A stretch of DNA of 64,000 nt from Macrostomum hystrix (Eukaryota; Animalia; Platyhelminthes). The stretch covers positions 3,720,001 through 3,784,000 of the forward strand of contig CATNEN010000034.1 in NCBI GenBank assembly GCA_950097015.1, in the 5' to 3' direction. Shown in pieces: positions 17,185 through 29,700 of the stretch. Position numbers and translations under genes: made by a program. Each line of letters begins with the position of its first letter. The stretch's first letter is position 1. Below the pieces are notes generated by a model. It made no database searches. It saw nothing but the letters and a program-made list of their open reading frames with translations, and had not been told where the DNA came from.

Positions 17185-20100
17185 CTAGCCACTAAGGGCA
17201 GCCTTGGCCATAGACAACAGGTCCTCAACGGAGCGCCCGGGACAATGCCGGCCTAGATACTGAACAGACTTGTCAGCGAACAGTTCCCACTCGGCGCGAG
17301 AGCGGCTCTGGCGAGTGTACAGGTAGGCTAGCACTAGAACTGTGATCCAGGCCTCCTCCGACTGTGGGCAAGTATGAGTAGGGTTGAACGAGGCTATGCA
17401 ATTGACAATGACAGTTGGGAAAAATGAAGATTGGACCTAGCGTGCTAAAGGGCGGAAAGGAGTATAAGGCGTGGGGTGACAAGGATGGAAAGGAGGATTG
17501 GGCCTAATGTGACATGGGGCGGAAAGGAGGATTGGGCCTAATGTGACAGGGTGGAAAGGAGTACAAGGCCTAATGTGACATGGGGCGGAAAGGAGGATTG
17601 GGCCTAATGTGACAGGGTGTAAAGGAGTACAAGGCCTGATGAGACAAGGGGCGGAAAGGAGCACAAGGCCTGATGGGACAAGGGGCGGAAAGGAGCACAA
17701 GGCCTGATGGGACAAGGGGCGGAAAGGAGCACAAGGCCTGATGGGACAAGGGGCGGAAAGGAGTACAAGGCCTGATGTGACATGGAGCGGAAAGGAGTAC
17801 AAGACCTGATGTGACATGGGGCGGAAAAGAGGGTTGGGCCTAATGTGACAGGGTGTAAAGGAGTACAAGGCCTGATGGGACAAGGGGCGGAAAGGAGTAC
17901 AAGGCCTGATGGGACAAGGGGCGGAAAGGAGTACAAGGCCTGATGAGACAAGGGGCGGAAAGGAGCACAAGACCTGATGTGACATGGGGCGGAAAAGAGG
18001 GTTGGGCCTAATGTGACAGGGTGTAAAGGAGTACAAGGCCTGATGGGACAAGGGGCGGAAAGGAGTACAAGGCCTGATGTGACGAGGGGCGGAAAGGAGT
18101 ACAATGCCTGATGGGACAAGGGGCAGAAAGGAGTACAAGGCCTGTTGAGACGAGGGGCGGAAAGGAGTACAAGACCTGATGTGACATGGGGCGGAAAGGA
18201 GGATTGGGCCGAATGTGACAGGGTGGAAAGGAGTACAAGGCCTGATGAGACAAGGGGCGGAAAGGAGCACAAGGCCTGATGGGACAAGGGGCGGAAAGGA
18301 GCACAAGGCCTGATGGGACAAGGGGCGGAAAGGAGTACAAGGCCTGATGTGACATGGAGCGGAAAGGAGTACAATGCCTGATGGGACAAGGGGCGGAAAG
18401 GAGTACAAGACCTGATGTGACATGGGGCGGAAAGGAGGATTGGGCCTAATGTGACAGGGTGTAAAGGAGTACAAGGCCTGGTGTGACAAGTGGCGGAAAG
18501 GAGTACAAGGCCTGTTGACACAAGGGGTGGAAATGAAGGTTCGATTTATTGTGTGGAATGAGGCAGGAGGGGTCTTTTCACAAACCCGTTTCATAAAATC
18601 GAAAGACAGTTCCTTTTATAAACATGAAATTTCATATCGCAACTTCATGTCGCTAAAATTTCATAAACCCGAAGTTTCACTTCTATCTTTGCAGTCCAAT
18701 TAGGGAGACTACAATTAGTCCAACTTGCAAAAGCAGATTTAAAATTAAGAAAACGAACAGGAACTACTTGTTGAGTTGACTTTTAAAAATAACCTAATAC
18801 ATAATAAGCATAATTCAGCACAGATCCAGCCATGATTGTTTGCATTTGCAACTAACTACTCATGCCTCACGATTTTCGACGATTTGAAATTTCGGGTTGG
18901 TGTCCATCTACGCCCATCTAAAAGCGCCCATCTACTACTTGCCATTTCGATTTCAGGTTATGAACCAGTAGATCTATTGAATTGACAAGCGAAATCATAA
19001 TCTTTCTCTCGCCAGTGCAAAGTGGAAGAAATTGCTGTCGTTCTCACCACTCCATCTGGCTGGCTGGCCTGCAGCCTATCCTTGGTCAGACCCAACACTG
19101 TCATCAGCTCATGAGACGCTGTCCAGTGACCGTCGAACGCCTGCAATCGGGCAATGCGCAGTGTAGGCGGCTGCTGCTGCTGCTGCTGCTCCTTCAAACC
19201 AGCCGCAGATGGGAGCGACTGCTGCATCACACGAGCTCCCGACGGCGGCGGCGGTGGCGGCGGTGCAAAGGCACAGTCAGGCATGTCCATGTCCATGTCC
19301 GAAGCGAAAGCTTTGAAACTGGCTCTGGCCTTCATCTTCATGGGCCGGTCATGAGAAGCTACTAAATTCGGTGTAAAAAAACGAATTAATTTGATCTAAA
19401 CTTCAGGCACTTTAGATTGCATAAATATTAAGGATTCAGCGAATTAATTAAGTCGTTACAATTATTTTGCAAAATGTACAAACCTCCACCGGTGAGTACA
19501 GGCCGGCTTCCGCTGCCTTTTCTCTCAGACGGAGGAAATGCTCCGTCTGACGCGAAAATTGGTGCGCTCCGCAAAGTTGCTGAGCACGCAAGAGCAACGG
19601 GAGCTGCCATGCACATGTAGCTCATTTGCCCACGATCCGAGAAAGATCCGTCAGTCTAAAACAAGAATTTGAAGAATATGAATAAGGCAAATTTGAGCAC
19701 AGCAAGCTAGTTGATTCAGAATCATCGCCTAGCAACTGATTCAGAATACAAACCTACAACTCGTGGATGCCTCAGAATCTCAAGCCACTATATGTCAGAA
19801 TCCCAAGCCACTAGATGCCTCAGAATCCCAAGCCTCTAGATGTCAGAATCCCAAGCCACTATATGTCAGAATCCCAAGCCACTAGATGGCTCAGAATCCC
19901 AAGCCACTAGATGCCAGAATCCCAAGCCACTAGATGCCAGAATCCCAAGCCTCTAGATGTCAGAATCCCAAGCCACTAGATGGCTCAGAATCCCAAGCCA
20001 CTAGATGCCTCAGAATCCCAAGCCACTAGATGGCTCAGAATCCCAAGCCACTAGATGCCTCAGAATCCCAAGCCACTAGATGCCTCAGAATCCCAAGCCA

Positions 20101-23100
20101 CTAGATGGCTCAGAATCCCAAGCCACTAGATGCCAGAATCCCAAGCCACTAGATGCCAGAATCCCAAGCCTCTAGATGTCAGAATCCCAAGCCACTAGAT
20201 GGCTCAGAATCCCAAGCCACTAGATGCCTCAGAATCCCAAGCCACTAGATGGCTCAGAATCCCAAGCCACTAGATGCCTCAGAATCCCAAGCCACTAGAT
20301 GCCTCAGAATCCCAAGCCACTAGATGCCTCAGAATCCCAAGCCACTAGATGCCTCAGAACCCCAAGCCACTAGATGCCTCAGAATCCCAAGCCACTAGAT
20401 GCCTCAGAATCCCAAGCCACTATAGATGCTTCAGAATTCCAAGCCACTAGATGCTTCAGAATTCCAAGCCACTAAATGCCTCAGAATCCCAAGCCACTAG
20501 ATGTCAGAATCCCAAGCCACTAGATGCCAGAATCCCAAGCCACTAGATGCCAGAATCCCAAGCCACTAGATGCCTCAGAATCCCAAGCCACTAGATGCCT
20601 CAGAATCCCAAGCCACTAGATGCCTCAGAACCCCAAGCCACTAGATGCCTCAGAATCCCAAGCCACTAGATGCTTCAGAATCCCAAGCCACTAGAGATGC
20701 TTCAGAATTCCAAGCCACTAGATGCTTCAGAATCCCAAGCCACTAGATGCTTCAGAATCCCAAGCCACTAAATGCCTCAGAATCCCAAGCCACTAGATGT
20801 CAGAATCCCAAGCCACTAGATGCCTCAGAATCCCAAGCCACTAGATGCCAGAATCCCAAGCCACTAGATGCCAGAATCCCAAGCCACTAGATGTCAGAAT
20901 CCCAAGCCACTAGATGCCAGAATCCCAAGCCACTAGATGCCTCAGAATGCCAACTCAGCTCACCGTATCAAACACCATAACATTAGGTAGATCCTGCTCA
21001 ACGGCCGGATTATCATCGATGATTGGAACCTTGGGTTCTTCCGCGGCGTGCTTCACGGTGCGATCAACGCCAACAAATGTAGTGTAGGGACTAGACAGAC
21101 TTGTCGCTTTGCTCAGTTGCTTAATGTCTTCGGTGCGTCGGCCGTCGGCGTTGTCGTCCGACCACTCCTTGATGAGGAGGCGGGCAGCCGCCAGCTGGTA
21201 GACCGGACTGGCGCCAGGATAGGCGGCCGAGCGCAACCCCGCGCACTCCAGCTGATGCCGCCGTGCGCCAACTGATAAACCGACGCTGATACGCAGGTTG
21301 GGGTCACTCAATTTAGCCTCATCGGTGTCCACCAGCGCGAAGACGCGCAGCCGCTGAGCTGAGGGCAGGCAGTCCAGGTTCTCTGGCACTGTGCGGTGGC
21401 TCAGCGGCTGACCATTCAAGCTCAGCTGGCGGGGTAGGGCGACGCGGTTTGGTTCGATCTCGTAGTTGCGCAACAAATCAACCTTGTCTAATACTCATAG
21501 GTCACACACCTTAAGTCACTGATGCTAGGTCTCACACATTGACTCAATGAGGCTAGGTCACACACCTTGACTCACTGATGCTAGGTCACACACCTTGACT
21601 CACTGATGCTAGGTCACACACCTTGAGTCACTGATGCTAGGTCACACACATTGACTCAATGATGCTAGGTCACACACCTTGAGTCACTAGTGCTAGGTCA
21701 CACATCTTGACTTAATGATGCTAGGTCACACACCTTGACTCACTGATGCTAGGTCACACACCTGGACTCAATGATCCTAGGTCACACACCTTGACTCACT
21801 GATCCTAGGTCACACACTTTGACTCAATGATGCTAGGTCACACACCTTGAGTCACTGATGCTAGGTCACACACCCCGACTCACTCATGCTATATGACACA
21901 CCTAGGTATTTAATCAGACGTTCACCTTTAGTTCCAGTCCATTGATCGGCTCCAGTCGGTCAGTTTTGAGCAGGCCAACAACCACCCTGCGCAGCTGGGT
22001 CGAGTCGTTGTCGCGAACAAATTCGGCGCGTCCTCGACCGACTCTGGCGACACCCTTGATCAGGGCGGTGGATGCGCCGTGCCCGATGCCGACAGTGTGG
22101 ACACGACAGGCTCCGCTGGAGCAGTTACTCTGCACCAAATCCTTCACCTCCTGCACGTTGGAGACCTCGCCGTCGGTGATAAGCACAACGGAGCGCCTGA
22201 TCGGAGCACCCGACTGCTTGTCGCAGCCGCCTTCGAAAAGCCACTGAAGCGGGCGCAGGATCTCAGTGCCGCCCATGTCAGCCTCCAGGGTGGCCTGCAG
22301 AGCTAGGGCTGTGTCCAGCGAGTTCTGGTCGTACAGCTGGCTGGTCTGTTCACAAATGCGAGATGGAAATAGGAGATATTTATGTGCCAGAGAGAAATGC
22401 GATTGTTCTTGACTAACTGCATAAGCACCGCTGATCCCTACTATACGAGCCGTAGATCAAATCTCTGATCCCTATTACAGATTACAGCTCTGATCCCTAT
22501 TACAGATTACATCTCGGATTCCTATTTCAGATTACAGCTCGGATTCCCATTACAGATCCCATCTCGGATTCCTGTTACAGATCCCATCTCGGATTCCTAT
22601 TACAGATTACATCTTGGATTCCTATTACAGATTACAGCTCTGATCCCTATTACAGATTACATCTCGGATTCCTATTTCAGATTACAGCTCGGATTCCCAT
22701 TACAGATCCCATCTCGGATTCCTGTTACAGATCCCATCTCGGATTCCTATTACAGATCCCATCTCGGATTCCTATTACAGATCCCATCTCGGATTCCTAT
22801 TACAGATCCCATCTCGGATTCCCATTACAGATCCCATCTCGGATTCCTATTACAGATTACATCTTGGATTCCTATTACAGATTACATCTCGGATTCCTAT
22901 TACAGATTACATCTCGGATTCCTATTACAGATTACATCTCGGATTCCCATTACAGATCCCATCTTGGATTCCTATTACAGATTACATCTCGGATTCCTAT
23001 TACAAATCCCATCTCGGATTCCTATTACAGATCCCCTCTCGGATTCCCATTACAGATCCCATCTCGGATTCCTATTACAGATCCCATCTCGGATTCCCAT

Positions 23101-24910
23101 TACAGATCCCATCTCGGATTCCTATTACAGATTACATCTCGGATTCCCATTACAGATCCCATCTTGGATTCCTATTACAGATTACATCTCGGATTCCTAT
23201 TACAGATCCCATCTCGGATTCCTATTACAGATCCCATCTCGGATTCCTATTACAGATCCCATCTCGGATTCCTATTACAGATCCCATCTCGGATTCCTAT
23301 TACAGATCCCATCTCGGATTCCTATTACAGATTACATCTCGGATTCCTATTACAGATCCCATCTCGGATTCCTATTACAGATCCCATCTCGGATTCCCAT
23401 TACAGATCCCATCTCGGATTCCTATTACAGATTACATCTCGGATTCCTATTACAGATCCCATCTCGGATTCCTATTACAGTTACTATCTCGGATTCCTAT
23501 TACAGATCCCATCTTGGATTCCTATTACAGATCCCATCTCGGATTCCTATTACAGATCCCATCTCGGATTCCTATTACAGATCCCATCTCGGATTCCTAT
23601 TACAGTTACTATCTCGGATTCCTATTACAGATCCCATCTTGGATTCCTATTACAGATCCCATCTCGGATTCCTATTACAGATCCCATCTCGGATTCCTAT
23701 TACAGATCCTATCTCGGATTCCTATTACAGATCTTAACTCTGATCCCTAAACTGGCAGGACGTACCGGAAACAGCGGCTGAAAGTTGCTGCCAAAGCTGA
23801 TCACATTGAATCGGCAAGTGGCCGGCAGTGATTTCAGAAACAGCAGTAGTGCCTCGCTGGCAGCTCGAATGTTCGCTCCGCTCATTGAGCCGCTCCTGTC
23901 CACAACTATGATAAATTCCTTCTCCGGGCTAGAAGCGGAGGCGGAGGCGTCAGACCCCAGCTGATCGCCTAGCAGCAGTTCGCAGGAGAGCACGAAGCCG
24001 CTGCGGCCCAGAACGGATTTCTCGCCGCCGACTGGCGAGACAGCCTGGCGAGACACCAGCAGCTGCGGCAGATCCAGCGGAGTCGGATAGCGCAGCAGAA
24101 TCTCCAGATCGTCTTCCGGCGCTTCGTTACTATTCAACACAAGCTTAAATCGTCGGCTAGGCTCCTGCCATTCGATAGCGGCGCTGGTGCATTCAACAGA
24201 CTCGGCCGGAGCCTGGTCGGCCAGGGTCACCTCGACGTTGAGGCGACTGCTCAGCCAGCCGGAGCTGCCGCCTCCGGAGCTGCCGGCAGCTGACTGGACC
24301 AGCACCTCCGGCATGGTTGGCGAGTGCAGCTGCTTGCCGACCTCCTGCCAAGCGTAGGCGGAAAAAGAGCTCTATCGACAAAGCCTGATCAACTGTAGGT
24401 AGTGTAGGTGGCAAAATAGGAAGGAGGTCTCACCTGTCCGGGCGAATACCTGGGCACCAGTTTTCGCATAATAGTCAGACGACACTGGCCAATCTCGGCT
24501 TCGTCCAGTTCAATTAGCGAGGCCATCCTAATGCTCACAGTTGACCCAGCGCGCACATTACCCAGATAGCAGTTGAACACGTCGGAGGCAGAGTCGCTCT
24601 CCCCGGCCATGGCGGCTGAGAAGCCGGCCTGAACAGCGCGACGAAATGCGTCGCGGGCCTCCTGTTTGTCGCGCATCTCGCACTGAATTAGGCGGCCATT
24701 TACCGTGGCGTCGAATTCAAACAGGGCCGAAGCGTCGTCCTGCGGGAAGGCGAATGACACGTGGCTAGTGTCCTCCTTGGCCTGGCTCTGGTAGGTGAGC
24801 GAGTAGCGGGCCACAGCTAGGTTCCTGTCCACCTCGATGAGCACCGTGCTGCCAGTGAAGGCGAACAGCGCCTCGCGAGCAGGCACACCAGGGCAGCGTA
24901 AACAGTCCAT
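17185..24910 (-). CDS. VWA5A: VIT + vWA domain protein (VWA5A-like), 7 exons, about 893 aa
   Basis: Exons (descending): 24434-24910, 23766-24371, 21926-22345, 20964-21482, 19484-19655, 19048-19358, 17185-17361, all GT-AG and in frame. Features: VIT domain ([34 protein letters not shown]), [73 protein letters not shown], and C-terminal [10 protein letters not shown]...EWELFADKS. Confidence 0.85.
17450..18532. repeat. Composite minisatellite (34-bp units, GGGGCGGAAAGGAGTACAAGGCCTGATGGGACAA and variants) in VWA5A intron 6
   Basis: Tandem copies read directly, with interspersed GGAGGATTGGGCCTAATGTGACAGGGT variants. Confidence 0.93.
19766..20952. repeat. Minisatellite (23-25 bp, CAGAATCCCAAGCCACTAGATGCCT) in VWA5A intron 4
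   Basis: About 49 tandem copies, ending about 11 nt from the splice donor. Confidence 0.95.
21498..21905. repeat. Minisatellite (28 bp, GGTCACACACCTTGACTCACTGATGCTA) filling VWA5A intron 3
   Basis: About 14 tandem copies spanning nearly the whole intron. Confidence 0.93.
22462..23732. repeat. Minisatellite (25 bp, CCTATTACAGATCCCATCTCGGATT) in VWA5A intron 2
   Basis: About 50 tandem copies; this is the source of the spurious ORFs 22864-23781 and 22964-23737. Confidence 0.95.
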
Positions 24911-24961
24911 TGCAGCTGGCGGAGTGAATTGGCGATTTTGTATTCCACAGCTAGAAAACAC

Positions 24962-25368
24962 ACGCGATGCTACATCCTGACCCACACGATGCTATATCCT
25001 GACGTCCTGACGTCCTGACCCATACGATGCTACATCCTGACCCACACGATGCTATATCCTGACGTCCTGACGTCCTGACCCATACGATGCTACATCCTGA
25101 CCCACACGATGCTACATCCTGACATCCTGACCCACATGAGGCTACATTCTGATATCCTGACCCACATGATGCTACATCCTGACCCACATGATGCTACATC
25201 CTGAGCCACACGATGCTACATCCTGACATCCTGACCCATACGATGCTACATCCTGACATCCTGACCCACATGATGCTACATCCTGACATCCTGACCCACA
25301 TGATGCTACATCCTGACCCACATGATGCTACATCCTGACATCCTGACCCAGACTATGCTATATCCTGA
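24962..25368. repeat. Minisatellite (22/29 bp, TGATGCTACATCCTGACCCACA) immediately upstream of the VWA5A 5' acceptor
   Basis: Tandem copies begin about 10 nt from the TTTTCTAG acceptor near 24952. Confidence 0.9.
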
Positions 25369-25959
25369 AAATATAAGTAATATCGAAATAGAAATAAGTA
25401 AAATATAAAAAATAAACGAGAAACTTGCTACTTTTTAACAGATGTTTAAAAATATATATACGAGGTTTTAATCATGATTTATGTTCGTTAAGTTTTTGCA
25501 GTCAACTGAAAGTTAGAAAATGCAAGAGTTATTGAGTCACTCAGGGACTTATTTTAAAGACAAATTTTCCTAATAAAACGTATGATTGAAACTTAATAAA
25601 ATATCCTCCTATGAGCATTGCTAATCAGAGACAAAAATGTTTAAAAATGCAAAAGCCTTGCAAAAAATATTTAAGCTCCACGAGATTTTTGTTTTTGAAG
25701 GAAATCAAGGGAACTTAAGACTATTGAAGCTGGACCAATTGTCCAATTAGCTTTTGAAGACAAGTTCGACGCTTGAAAATGGGATTCCGGGAGAACAGTA
25801 AAACAAACAACACAAAGCGCAAACTAGGGTATTACATGAAATCATTGTGCAAACCTCAATTAATAAAACAAAACTGTTGAACACTACTCTCAATGCTAAA
25901 CACTAAACAGTAGTATTTCAATCCCAGACAAATAAGATTGGGAGTGGAACTTAGGGACC

Positions 25960-26662
25960 AGAGAGAGGGAGAGTGGAAACCAACTGGAGGATCAGAGTGA
26001 GGGAGAGTGGAAACCAACTGGAGGATCAGAGTGAGGGAGAGTGGAAACCAACTGGAGGATCAGAGTGAGGGAGAGTGGAAACCAACTGGAGGATCAGAGT
26101 GAGGGAGAGTGGAAACCAACTGGAGGATCAGAGTGAGGGAGAGTGGAAACCAACTGGAGGATCAGAGTGAGGGAGAGTGGAAACCAACTGGAGGATCAGA
26201 GAGAGGGAGAGTGGAAACCAACTTGAGGATCAGAGTGAGGGAGAGTGGAAACCAACTGGAGGATCAGAGTGAGGGAGAGTGGAAACCAACTTGAGGATCA
26301 GAGTGAGGGAGAGTGGAAACCAACTGGAGGATCAGAGTGAGGGAGAGTGGAAACCAACTGGAGGATCAGAGTGAGGGAGAGTGGAAACCAACTGGAGGAT
26401 CAGAGAGAGGGAGAGTGGAAACCAACTTGAGGATCAGAGTGAGGGAGAGTGGAAACCAACTGGAGGATCAGAGTGAGGGAGAGTGGAAACCAACTTGAGG
26501 ATCAGAGTGAGGGAGAGTGGAAACCAACTGGAGGATCAGAGTGAGGGAGAGTGGAAACCAACTGGAGGATCAGAGTGAGGGAGAGTGGAAACCAACTGGA
26601 GGATCAGAGTGAGGGAGAGTGGAAACCAACTGGATGACCTATTGAGAGAAAGTGGAAACCAA
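25960..26662. repeat. Minisatellite (34 bp, GGAGAGTGGAAACCAACTGGAGGATCAGAGTGAG) between MSH2 and VWA5A
   Basis: About 20 tandem copies. Confidence 0.95.
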
Positions 26663-26775
26663 GAAGGAGTAAGGGAAGACCATTCAAAAACGGACTAATT
26701 AAATGTAAAATAGTCTTTCATGACTTTTCAAGGAAAAATCAGCGCTACAAGCCTGAAGCACCAGTCCAAGCCCTT

Positions 26776-29700
26776 CTAGGCGGCATCTAGCTGAGCCAAT
26801 ACGCAGGCGATGAGACCATTCTCAGAGCGTCGAACAGTCTCTAGAAATTTGTCAACTCGACTGGCCCGCTCTTCGACCGGCAGACAGTCAAATTCGGCCG
26901 GATCGTCCAGTCGGGCTGACTTCAAAGCCAAGCCAACCTCATTGGCAGCGTCGGCGGCCTCCTCGGGTCTGGAGGAGCTGCGCTTGCCACTGGCGGCGAA
27001 CACGTCATAGTCGCGAGCCTGGGTTTCGGAAGAAAACGGTGGATAATCCATTCAATACATAATCCACCCTGGGAAAACCTAAATCCACAATAGATAATCC
27101 ACCCTGGGAAAACCTAAATCCACAATAGATAATCCACCCTGGGAAAACCTAAATCCACAATAGATAATCCACCCTGGGAAAACCTAAATCCACAATAGAT
27201 AATCCACCCTGGGAAAACCTAAATCCACAATAGTTAATCCACCCTGGGAAAACCTAAATCCACAATAGATAATCCACCCTGGGAAAACCTAAATCCACAA
27301 TAGATAATCCACCCTGGGAAAACCTAAATCCACAATAGATAATCCACCCTGGGAAAACCTAAATCCACAATACATAATCCACCCTGGGAAAACCTAAATC
27401 CACAATAGATAATACACCATGGGAAAACCTAAATCCACAATAGATAATCCACCCTGGGAAAACCTAAATCCACAATAGTTAATACACCATGGGAAAACCT
27501 AAATCCACAATAGATAATCCACCCTGGGAAAACCTAAATCCACAATACATAATCCACCCTGGGAAAACCTAAATCCACAATAGATAATCCACCCTGGGAA
27601 AACCTAAATCCACAATAGATAATCCACCCTGGGAAAACCTAAATCCACAATATATAATCCACCCTGGGAAAACCTAAATCCACAATAGATAATCCACCCT
27701 GGGAAAACCTAAATCCACAATAGTTAATACACCATGGGAAAACCTAAATCCACAATACATAATCCACCCTGGGAAAACCTAAATCCACAATAGATAATCC
27801 ACCCTGGGAAAACCTAAATCCACAATAGATAATCCACCCTGGGAAAACCTAAATCCACAATAGTTAATCCACCCTGGGAAAACCTAAATCCACAATAGAT
27901 AATCCACCCTGGGAAAACCTAAATCCCCAATAGTTAATCCACCCTGGGAAAACCTAAATCCACAATAGATAATCCACCCTGGGAAACCTAAATCCACAAT
28001 AGTTAATACACCATGGGAAAACCTAAATCCACAATAGATAATCCACCCTGGGAAAACCTAAATCCACAATAGATAATCCACCCTGGGAAAACCTAAATCC
28101 ACAATACATAATCCACCCTGGGAAAACCTAAATCCACAATAGTTAATACACCATGGGAAAACCTAAATCCACAATAGATAATCCACCCTGGGAAAACCTA
28201 AATCCACAATAGTTAATACACCATGGGAAAACCTAAATCCACAATAGATAATCCACCCTGGGAAAACCTAAATCCACAATAGATAATCCACCCTGGGAAA
28301 ACCTAAATCCACAATAGATAATCCACCCTGGGAAAACCTAAATCCACAATAGATAATCCACCCTGGGAAAACCTAAATCCACAATAGATAATCCACCCTG
28401 GGAAAACCCAAATCCTCAATAGTTAATACACCATGGGAAAACCTAAATCCACAATAGATAATCCACCCTGGGAAAACCTAAATCCACAATAGATAATCCA
28501 CCCTGGGAAAACCTAAATCCACAATAGTTAATACACCATGGGAAAACCTAAATCCACAATAGATAATCCACCCTGGGAAAACCTAAATCCACAATAGATA
28601 ATCCACCCTGGGAAAACCCAAATCCTCAATAGTTAATACACCATGGGAAAACCTAAATCCACAATAGATAATCCACCCTGGGAAAACCTAAATCCACAAT
28701 AGATAATCCACCCTGGGAAAACCTAAATCCACAATAGTTAATACACTATGGGAAAACCTAAATCCACAATAGATAATCCACCCTGGGAAAACCTAAATCC
28801 ACAATAGATAATCCACCCTGGGAAAACCCAAATCCTCAATAGTTAATACACCATGGGAAAACCTAAATCCACAATAGTTAATACACCATGGGAAAACCTA
28901 AATCCACAATAGTTAATACACCATGGGAAAACCTAAATCCACAATAGTTAATACACCCTGGGAAAACCTAAATCCACAATAGATAATCCACCCTGGGAAA
29001 ACCTAAATCCACAATAGATAATCCACCCTGGGAAAACCCAAATCCTCAATAGTTAATACACCATGGGAAAACCCAGTCCAGCACCATGGGAAAACCCAGT
29101 CTACCACCATGGGAAAACCCAGTACAGCACCATGGAAAACCCAGTCCAGCACCATGGGAAAACCCAGTCCAGCACCATGGAAAACCCAGTCCAGCACCAT
29201 GGGAAAACCCAGTACAGCACCATGGAAAACCCAGTCTAGCACCATGGGAAAACCCAGTCCAGCACCATGGGAAAACCCAGTGCACCACCCGAAAACGTTC
29301 CTCTGCTAACCTTTTCCGCCGCCATCTGCAGCGTCCGCTCTGGAAAGCCGGCCAGCTTGGCCACGTGCAGGCCGAGGCTCGCGTCGCAGACGCCGTCTCG
29401 CACAGCGTACAGCAGCAATAGGCTACCGTCGCGCACGCAGGCGCTGAGGCAGAGGTTGCGCACGCACGGATGCAGATCAGCCAAGGCGGCCAGCTCGTGA
29501 TAGTGCGTGGCGCACAGGCAGTAGCAGCGAAGACCGTCGGCCAGCTGTTGGGTGATGGCCCAGGCCAAGCCGAAGCCGTCGTAGGTGGAGGTGCCCCGGC
29601 CGAGTTCGTCCATGAGGACCAGAGAGTTAGGCGTGGCTGAGCGCAGAATGCCGGCTGTCTCTAGCATCTCGGCCATGAATGTGGAGACGCCCTGCTGCAG

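Noticed and set aside
17437-18594. Long Pro/Cys-rich ORFs, and similar ORFs at 22864-23781, 26109-26498, 29003-29309, 56370-59320 and 60266-60812
   Set aside because: They are translations of minisatellites, open in several frames, with no protein-family motifs.
27040-29065. TTATCCAC-like DnaA boxes in the MSH2 intron 6 array
   Set aside because: Eukaryotic intron context; this is a by-product of the repeat unit.
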